A stretch of DNA of 57,314 nt from a virus (Duplodnaviria > Caudoviricetes): positions 1 through 57,314 of IMG/VR virus record IMGVR_UViG_3300042884_000922; one strand, written 5' to 3'. The stretch's first letter is position 1. The number at the start of each line of letters is the position of its first letter. Below the pieces are notes generated by a model. The model ran no database searches, was not told the DNA's origin, and worked only from the letters and a program-made list of their open reading frames with translations. Positions 47,839-55,900 of this stretch are shown here, in pieces. Made by a program: the position numbers and the translations under genes.

Positions 47839-48505
47839 ACTAATTAATTTTTCTAAAGCCAATAGTTTATCACATATACCATCGGCTTTATCGATGCTTG
47901 ATTATATCAGCGTTTTATTTGAAAATAAACATATAGTTCCATTTAGAGATAAAATTGCGCTAGGAAAACCATTTGGTTCTCAAGCATATTATTTAGTATG
48001 GAAACATTGTGGTTATTTAGATAATATTGAAAATCTTTCAATTGGCGTAAAACACACTGAAATACCATTTGTTAATTTTAGTGAAGAGACTATGGGAAAC
48101 GCTTTAGGAGTTGCAGCAGGAATTGCGCATACCACATATAATAAAGTGTATGTCAACTTAAGTGATGCTGCTCTTCAAATGGGTTCAACTCTTGAAGCTA
48201 TTGCATATATTGGTGCAAAGCAATTAAAAAATATAGTAGTTACAGTTGATTTTAATCAAATGCAAGTTACTGGAAAAACTAATGATATAATTTGTATAAA
48301 ACCAATTTCAAATCTATTTAAAAACTATGGTTGGCAGGTGATTGATGTAGACGGACACGATAAAAACAAATTGCAGTTAGCATTTGATAACATTCATTCA
48401 AATAGAAATACACCATTAGTTTATTTTTGTCATACAATTAAAGGACATGGCATAGATTATATGGAGACTGATCCAATAACTTGGCATTATAAATTATTAG
48501 TATGA
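47828..48505 (+). CDS. Transketolase-like N-terminal (ThDP diphosphate-binding) subunit
   Basis: HIPSALS, MGNALGVAAGIA, SDAALQMG...EA...VDFNQMQ (variant GDG..N motif), VDGHD, TIKGHG...WH. Confidence 0.85.
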   Translation: MLHELINFSKANSLSHIPSALSMLDYISVLFENKHIVPFRDKIALGKPFGSQAYYLVWKHCGYLDNIENLSIGVKHTEIPFVNFSEETMGNALGVAAGIAHTTYNKVYVNLSDAALQMGSTLEAIAYIGAKQLKNIVVTVDFNQMQVTGKTNDIICIKPISNLFKNYGWQVIDVDGHDKNKLQLAFDNIHSNRNTPLVYFCHTIKGHGIDYMETDPITWHYKLLV

Positions 48506-48981
48506 GAAATTCACTAGATAAATTTTTAAGTCGGTATGATAATCCCAACTTATATTTTATGCATGCTGATATGTGGAACTTTCCATTATTTAAAAATAAA
48601 TATCCACACCGCTGTATAAATGTTGGTGTACAGGAAACTAATATGATTAATATTGCTGCTGGTTTAGCGAGTCAGGGTAAAACAGTGATTGTCTACGGAG
48701 TAGCTGGATTTGTCTACCAGCGTGCATACGAACAGTTAAAATTTAGCGTAACACATTTTGGAAAGAGTGTTACGCTGGTAAATGCTGGAGCAAATGGATG
48801 TTATAATAAATGTGGAGCAGGTCATATTCCTGATGATGACTACACACTTATGGATGCATTAAAAATAAATAAATATGAACCTCAAACGCGTCGCGAATTT
48901 ATTCGTTGTTTAAAAGATTGTATAAGAAATAAACAAACTAACTTTATACGCTTAGGTTGGGATAATTGTGTATGGAAATAA
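48502..48981 (+). CDS. Transketolase-like pyrimidine-binding subunit, without the C-terminal domain
   Basis: HAD...YPHRCINVGVQETNMINIAAGLA...F..QRAYEQLK...GAGH...FIRLG, then stop. Confidence 0.85.
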   Translation: MRNSLDKFLSRYDNPNLYFMHADMWNFPLFKNKYPHRCINVGVQETNMINIAAGLASQGKTVIVYGVAGFVYQRAYEQLKFSVTHFGKSVTLVNAGANGCYNKCGAGHIPDDDYTLMDALKINKYEPQTRREFIRCLKDCIRNKQTNFIRLGWDNCVWK

Positions 48982-49547
48982 ATTTAGTAACTGGCTCTCG
49001 TGGTTTTTTATGTGGTCATTTGTGTAAGCATTTGCCTAATACTCTTGATTACGGAAATGTCTTGAATTATTATGATATCAATTATGTAGATGCGGTCTAT
49101 CATTTTGCTAGTCCAAGTGATGATTATGATTTTGCCGATTCTAATAAAACTATAGACACTATAGTAAATGGTACAATTAATATGCTAAAAGTTGCTCAAA
49201 AAAATAATGCGAAATTTATTTTTGCCAGTACGCTTGGAGTAGAATCCCCAAATAATGTGTATTGTTATAGTAAGTTATTGATGGAAAAATATATAATAGA
49301 TAACTATGATAACTATGTTATATTACGCGTTCCTCGTGTTTATGACAAGAGTCGTAAAAAGGGATTAATGAAAAAATTAAGATTGAATATGGTTCCACAA
49401 TCAGACAATAATAACACAGTTGACTATATTACACTAGATTCTTTTATTAATCAAACTCTTGCGGCGTCAAAGAATAAAAATATTGTGTATAGTTATATGA
49501 GTATGTCATCAAATACGATTGGAGAAATATATAAATTATTTGCATGA
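48972..49547 (+). CDS. Short NAD-dependent epimerase/dehydratase (SDR)
   Basis: LVTGSRGFLC, VYHFAS, FAST, YCYSK (YxxxK), ILRVPRVY. Confidence 0.8.
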   Translation: MEINLVTGSRGFLCGHLCKHLPNTLDYGNVLNYYDINYVDAVYHFASPSDDYDFADSNKTIDTIVNGTINMLKVAQKNNAKFIFASTLGVESPNNVYCYSKLLMEKYIIDNYDNYVILRVPRVYDKSRKKGLMKKLRLNMVPQSDNNNTVDYITLDSFINQTLAASKNKNIVYSYMSMSSNTIGEIYKLFA

Positions 49548-50398
49548 AAATTTTAATTACTGGTGGAGATGGTTTTATAGGCAAAAATCTTATAGAACAA
49601 TGGACAAGTTTTTATGACATTACTTCAATTGACAAATTGTCTGGTATTGATATTTTATCTGACTCGCCAGCATTAGAATATGCAATAATAAATTGTGATA
49701 TAATTTATCATTTAGCAAGTCCTGTTGGAATAAACTTAATAGATCGACACCAAGAATCGTTTTTAAATGATATGTTAAAAATAAATCTTAAGGTATTTAA
49801 CCTTGTAAAAAAATATGATAAAAAAATTGTATTTTTTAGCACGTCTGAAGTCTATAAAGATAATGTTGCAGCGTCTGAAAATGATGATTTAATAATTGGA
49901 AATCCAGAATATCCACGATGGGGTTATTCCAGCGGAAAATTAACATCAGAATTTTTATGTAAAAGTCTGTGTAAAAAATCAATTATAATTCGTCCATTTA
50001 ATATTTGTGGTAAATATGATAAAAAGGGAGTGCTGTACCAGTTTATCAAAAATATTAAAAATAATCTAAATGTTATTATTCATGGAGATGGTCATCAAAC
50101 TCGTTCTTTTTGTGATGTGCGAGACCTTATTGAATTTTTAAATATTATAAACCACTTAGATTTTTCTGGAGAAATATATAATATTGGAAATAGTAATAAT
50201 TTTATTTCTATGCATAATTTAGCTAAATTATGCATATCACTTGCCAATTCTAATGTTGAAATAGATTATGTAGATTATAAACACTGCTTTTCAGAAAAGC
50301 ATAGAGACATTTATAATAGACGTCCCAATTGCATGAAAATGAATGCTTTATATGTGCCAAAATATAATATTACTGATATAATACAAAATTTGTTATGA
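49544..50398 (+). CDS. NAD-dependent NDP-sugar epimerase/decarboxylase (extended SDR, UXS/ArnA-like)
   Basis: ILITGGDGFIG, YHLAS, STSEVY, PRWGYSSGK, RPFN, GDGHQTRSFC, YNIGN, RRP. Confidence 0.88.
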   Translation: MKILITGGDGFIGKNLIEQWTSFYDITSIDKLSGIDILSDSPALEYAIINCDIIYHLASPVGINLIDRHQESFLNDMLKINLKVFNLVKKYDKKIVFFSTSEVYKDNVAASENDDLIIGNPEYPRWGYSSGKLTSEFLCKSLCKKSIIIRPFNICGKYDKKGVLYQFIKNIKNNLNVIIHGDGHQTRSFCDVRDLIEFLNIINHLDFSGEIYNIGNSNNFISMHNLAKLCISLANSNVEIDYVDYKHCFSEKHRDIYNRRPNCMKMNALYVPKYNITDIIQNLL

Positions 50399-51042
50399 GA
50401 AAAATATTAATATTTGCTGCTCATCCTGATGATATTGAATTTGGAATGGGTGGAACTTTAGCAAAATTAACACAATCATATCATATTACCGTTTGTATTT
50501 TTTGCAAAGGGAATAAACCCGGGCGTGAGGATGTAGAAAATGATAGATTACGTGCATTTAATTTTAATAAAAAACAATTAAAAATAAATGAAGTTATACA
50601 ACATTCATATTCTGATGTTTCTCTTGACACAATTCCATTTATAGAAATATCATCCTTGTGTAAAAAAATAGTAGACGAAGTTAAACCGTCAATAGTATTT
50701 ACACAATATTCGGGGGATATACATCAGGATCATAGAATAGTTTCTCAAGCAACTAGAATCGCATGTCGTCCAAGAGAATCATGTAGCGTACATGAACTAT
50801 ACGAATATTCAATACCGGGAAGTACTGAATGGTCGTTTACTGATACAAAATTTAATACATTTTTTGATATTTCTAACTATACTAGTATAAAATATGAATG
50901 CATATCACGATATAAAACTGAAGTAAAAACTGAGATTGACCCGTTAAATTTAGAATATATAAAACACAGAGATCTTTATTATGGTGGATTGTTTGGATAT
51001 AGAGCAGCTGAACCGTTTATAAACATTTTTTCAAAGCGATGA
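50395..51042 (+). CDS. PIG-L/LmbE-family N-deacetylase
   Basis: AAHPDDIEFGMGG, DIHQDH and C-terminal AEPF. Confidence 0.9.
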   Translation: MRKILIFAAHPDDIEFGMGGTLAKLTQSYHITVCIFCKGNKPGREDVENDRLRAFNFNKKQLKINEVIQHSYSDVSLDTIPFIEISSLCKKIVDEVKPSIVFTQYSGDIHQDHRIVSQATRIACRPRESCSVHELYEYSIPGSTEWSFTDTKFNTFFDISNYTSIKYECISRYKTEVKTEIDPLNLEYIKHRDLYYGGLFGYRAAEPFINIFSKR

Positions 51043-51761
51043 AAAAGCAAAAAATTATTATTGCTGGATATGGAGAAATAGGTCAAGCAATACACCAATT
51101 TTATAATCAGCATGATTATGAATTAAGTATAGTCGATATTGACGTATCATTATCTCAATGTCATTGCGACATCTTGCATATTTGTTTTCCATATTCTGAT
51201 AATTTTATAGTTGAAGTTGAAAAATATATTTCATTATTTTCTCCTCATCTCGTTATAATACACAGCACAATATATCCTGGAACATCAGAAAATATAAAGT
51301 TTAATAATTTAGTATACTCGCCAGTTGTTGGTGTACATCCACATCTTCATGAGTGCATAAAGATATTTAAAAAATTCGTTGCTGGAAAAACTAAGCAGTC
51401 GATCATTGAGGCGTGCAATCATTTTTCTGAACTTGGAATTGCATCTACCATGTTTAAATGCTGCAAATCGCTTGAAACCGCAAAGACTCTATGTACACTC
51501 TATTATGGTATGTGCATAGCTTTTCATGATGAAGTGCATGATTTATGTAAAAAAGAATCTATTGACTATTCAGAAGTAATGACTCTTTGGAATTCTGAAT
51601 ATAATTCTGGCTATAAAAAAATTGGAAAAGATAACGTAATACGACCAGTGCTGTCTCCAGCTCATGGAAAAATTGGAGGTCATTGCGTTATACCAAATGC
51701 CGAGATGATCGCTTCATATTTTAACAGTCCAATAATAGACTATGTTTTGAGATTAAAATGA
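51039..51761 (+). CDS. UDP-glucose/GDP-mannose dehydrogenase family protein, truncated
   Basis: IAGYGEIG, IHSTIYPGT, YSP, ETAK, IGGHCV (catalytic Cys); ends before the C-terminal UDP-binding domain. Confidence 0.8.
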   Translation: MKKQKIIIAGYGEIGQAIHQFYNQHDYELSIVDIDVSLSQCHCDILHICFPYSDNFIVEVEKYISLFSPHLVIIHSTIYPGTSENIKFNNLVYSPVVGVHPHLHECIKIFKKFVAGKTKQSIIEACNHFSELGIASTMFKCCKSLETAKTLCTLYYGMCIAFHDEVHDLCKKESIDYSEVMTLWNSEYNSGYKKIGKDNVIRPVLSPAHGKIGGHCVIPNAEMIASYFNSPIIDYVLRLK

Positions 51762-52288
51762 AACCGACTCTAATGATACATGAATTTCAAGAAAGGTATC
51801 TTGATCTTCCGTTAGAAAAATATACACTTACGTTTGACGATGGGTTGTATAGTCAATATGCATTCGTCGACGAGTTGTTGAGAATAAACACAGAAAAGAT
51901 ATTTTTTATTAGCAGTGATATAGTCTGTCCTGAAGATCAGACACAAGACACATCTTTAGTTTGTTGTAGAGATGCTCATGAAAAGGCATTCGTTGGAGAC
52001 TATAGCAACTATATGAAATGGTCACAAATAGCGCATATAGATGGACTGGATCAATGTCAGATAGGATGTCATGGACATAAACATATTCATAATATAGTTT
52101 CTGATCCTTTAGTGATGCTTAAAGACAGTCGAAGAATGGTGCAAACATTTAATTGTCATTTGGGTTATGTTCCAGATGGTTTTTGCTTTCCATATAATAT
52201 AGAGTCTCTTATATATAAAACAATACTACAAAAGTATGGGTTTAAGCATTTTTATGGAGGTGAGAGAATAGATATAGATGAATTATGA
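51758..52288 (+). CDS. Polysaccharide deacetylase (CE4/NodB-like)
   Basis: LTFDDG, YMKW, IGCHGHKH, FCFPYN. Confidence 0.85.
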   Translation: MKPTLMIHEFQERYLDLPLEKYTLTFDDGLYSQYAFVDELLRINTEKIFFISSDIVCPEDQTQDTSLVCCRDAHEKAFVGDYSNYMKWSQIAHIDGLDQCQIGCHGHKHIHNIVSDPLVMLKDSRRMVQTFNCHLGYVPDGFCFPYNIESLIYKTILQKYGFKHFYGGERIDIDEL

Positions 52289-52905
52289 ATATAGATGCAA
52301 TTACAGTATCGATAGACTATAGCGACTATCTTGAACAGATAGTTAGCAACAAAGATAAATTTGATCGTTGGCTTATAGTTACGCACTGGAGTGATAAAAA
52401 GACCATAGAAGTGTGCAAAAACCACAATTTAGAATATATTCTAAGCAAAGAAATCTATGCAAACGGGTCGTGTTTTGCAAAGAGTCGCGCGATCAATGAA
52501 GCTATACATTACCTCAATCCTCAAGATTGGTTGTGTGTTGTCGATAGCGATTCATTGTTACCAAATGATTTTAGAACTGTTGTCGACTCCGGTGTAAATG
52601 ATAAAGAAGCCATATATGGTTGCATAAGATATACTGTAGAAGGTGTTAAAAAAGTTGAAAATTTTGATGGTTCATATGTCTATCCTGCTGGGTTTTTTCA
52701 ATTATGGCATACGTCTAAATTTTGTGACTATTATACAGGAGAAATGACTAATGCCGAAGGTGATATTCAACACAAAAATAGGTTTGAAAAGTCTCAACTT
52801 TTACCATTAAAACTTGTTGACCTTCAAAAAGAAACGGGATTTAAACAAAATTGGTATGGTCGTGGGCCAATAGGCAAAACCCGGCATAAACTTTATAGAT
52901 TATAA
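52285..52905 (+). CDS. Glycosyltransferase (GT-A fold)
   Basis: AITVSIDYSDYL...FAKSRAIN...WLCVVDSD (DxD)...GFFQLW. Confidence 0.75.
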   Translation: MNIDAITVSIDYSDYLEQIVSNKDKFDRWLIVTHWSDKKTIEVCKNHNLEYILSKEIYANGSCFAKSRAINEAIHYLNPQDWLCVVDSDSLLPNDFRTVVDSGVNDKEAIYGCIRYTVEGVKKVENFDGSYVYPAGFFQLWHTSKFCDYYTGEMTNAEGDIQHKNRFEKSQLLPLKLVDLQKETGFKQNWYGRGPIGKTRHKLYRL

Positions 52906-52938
52906 ATACATATAAATACATATAGATACATATAATAT
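52901..52938 (+). repeat. 10-bp tandem array of late-promoter motifs
   Basis: TATAAATACA TATAAATACA TATAGATACA TATAATAT directly before ATG 52939. Confidence 0.85.
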
Positions 52939-55900
52939 ATGGCGACTGATACCAAAATTATTTTAAAGCGTTCTAACGTAATAGGGGCAGCTCCAAATTC
53001 TGAATATTTAGAGTTTGGAGAGCTTGCCTTCAACTATAGAGATGAAAAACTTTATTATCGTACTTTTAGAAATGGTGCTGAAGCCATTACAAATTATGAT
53101 TTTCAAAGGGTAATTCCAATAGAAAAGGGCGGCACAGGAAAAACTACTATCGCAGAGGCTCGAGCGGCCCTAGAAGCTGCTCCCTTGCACGACCCATCCT
53201 TTACTGGGATTGCTTCACTTGCTGCTGCAGCGATTCAACCAGGAACAACTCTTGACGCCTCAGACGCAAATAGTCGCCGACTTGCCACTGTTGGCTATGT
53301 ACGGGCTGAAATTGCAGATGACGCCCCTACAAAGACTGGTGTCGGAGCGTCTGGAGATAATTGGAATATAGGAATACTGAGAAATGCCGCTACAGCTTCA
53401 AAATGGTTTGCACCAATATCAATTAGTCAAGGGACCGCAAGTGATCTTAACTTTACTGTAAATTTTGATGGCAGCGCTAATGTTACTACAAATCTTACAA
53501 TAAACACCAATCGTAGAGGCGTCATACAAGAAGCGTTATTGTTGCGTCCAAGCACAGACATTCAGGCATATGACGCTGATCTTCAGGCGATTGCTTCGAT
53601 CGCCGATAACTCTGTTGGGTTTTTAAGAAAAACTGCAAAAGATACATGGAGTCTCGATCCTGAGACCTATACACCAACTTCGCGAACACTTACAGTCACA
53701 ACACAAAATGGCATTGAAGGAGGAGCTGCTCAAACTCTCGCGAATAACCGTACCTGGACACTCGGGCTGACTACAACTGGAGTCACTGCTGGAACATATA
53801 ATAATAATTCTACACAGACAAATTCATTTGCTGTAGATGTCCGTGGCCGAATTACTGCAGTGGGTGCGCCTGTAACAATTACTCCACATTTTGATAGTAT
53901 AACAAACACACCCACAACACTCGCTGGTTATCGTATCAGTGATGCATTAAATATTTCTGCCGCAGCACAAACGAAAGCTGGAAATCTTACTGCTGCTAAT
54001 TTTATAAAAACTAATGGTACATCTTTGCAATTCTTAAAGGCCGATGGCTCAAGTGATGGTACGGCATACACACCACAAGCGCGCACACTTACATTCACTA
54101 CCGGCAATGGTATTACTGGTGGCGCGCTGGTGCCGGTAACTCTAGCTGCTGATAGAAGTTGGACGTTTGGCCTTACCGGACAGGCATTAAATGTTCATAA
54201 CTTAGCCACTAATGGATTTTTTGTACGTGATTCGCCTACAACTGTGGCTGCTCGTAGCATTGCGGTTGGATCTGGATCTGGATTAGCCATCGCTAGCCCA
54301 GATGGTGTGTCTGGCAACCCAACAATATCTTTGGCAACAAGCAATCTCACATCTCTTCGTGATTTGTCTACGACTGGTTTTTTAACTCGCACTGGGTTAA
54401 ATACATTATCTGCAAAAAGTATTGCAGTGTCAGGAGTTGGTCTTAGCATAACAAACGCTGATGGAGTCAATCCTGGCAATCCTACATTAACACTGAGTAG
54501 TACATCGGCTAATGTAAATAACTCACTTGTAGCACGAGACTCTTCTGGAAACTTTGCTGCAAATACAATTACGGCTAACACATTTTCTGGTTCGTTGTCT
54601 GGAAGTGCAACAACTTCAGTTAATTCATCAGTGTTTTCAGCAGCTGCAACAAATGCAACATATGGAATTATATTTGCTAGTGATTCCGGCTTGAGTGAAA
54701 TGCTATGGACTGATTTAACTGGTTTAAATTATAATCCATCTACAAATACATTAACTGCATCAACATTTTCTGGTAATGCTTCGACTGCAACAACTCTTGC
54801 GACTGGACGAACAATATCATTAACAGGTGATGTGACATACACAAGTCCATCATTTAATGGCGGTGGAAATGTTACTGCAGCAGCAACTATTGCTAATGAG
54901 ACTGTTACAGGAAAATTTTTAACTGGTCTTGGTGTGCCTATATTAGGAGAAATTCATCAAACAGACTCAATACTTCACGCTTTTAGAAAACTTCAGGGCA
55001 ATTCAAATATAAAAGCAAATACTGTAAGCCCAACATTCTCTGGCACAGTAATACTACCAATTGGCACATCAAGTGCAGTTCCGCTGATACTTCCGCCTGC
55101 TGGAGTATTAAACACGGATACTGCTGCTGCAGGGTCTATTCAATTTGTTAGCGACAGTCTGTCTATAGTAAACAGTAGTCTCGTTAGAAAAACAATTGCA
55201 TACACTGATTCAAATATAACTGGCAATGCTGCCACTGCAACAAGTGCTGGTAAATGGACCTCTGCAAAAAGCATTTCAAATACTAGTAACCCTGGAAACA
55301 GCGACATAATATTTGATGTATCGCTTGACGGCAGCGTCAATGTTGTGCCAACGCTCACTATAAACTCTGCGCGGACGTCACAAATACGGTCTGCGCTTGG
55401 ATTGGCAATTGGACCAAATGGTATTCAGGCATATGATGCTGACCTTGCGGCAATTGCAGCTCTCGCAGATGGCGACGATGATGGCAGCACGGTTGATACA
55501 GGTTATCTACGTAAAACTGGAGACAATACTTGGATTATTGATCAAAACACGGTACCACCTGGCGCTGAAGAACTCTATACAATAAGCGGGCCTGATATTA
55601 CTGGTGCATCAGGCTTGGCTAGTCGTAATATAGTTGCATCACTTAGCCCTATAGCTGGTCTTACAGCAGGAACATACAATGGCGGAACATCTGGCACCAT
55701 TTCTGCAATCACTCCATTTACAGTTGATGCTAAGGGACGCGTCACGGCTACTGGGTCTGCAGTAACAATCGCTCCTGCTTGGGGGTCTATTACTGGAAAA
55801 CCAACTACCCTCTCCGAGTCTGGCATCTTAGATGCTCAAGCCCTAAACTCAAACCTAACTTCAATATCGACACTGGGAACTACTGGTTCAAATGGATTGC

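Noticed and set aside
37866-52938. Classical RiPP cluster with a short precursor peptide
   Set aside because: Genes overlap or abut with no room for a precursor ORF; no peptidase, transporter or recognisable RRE domain
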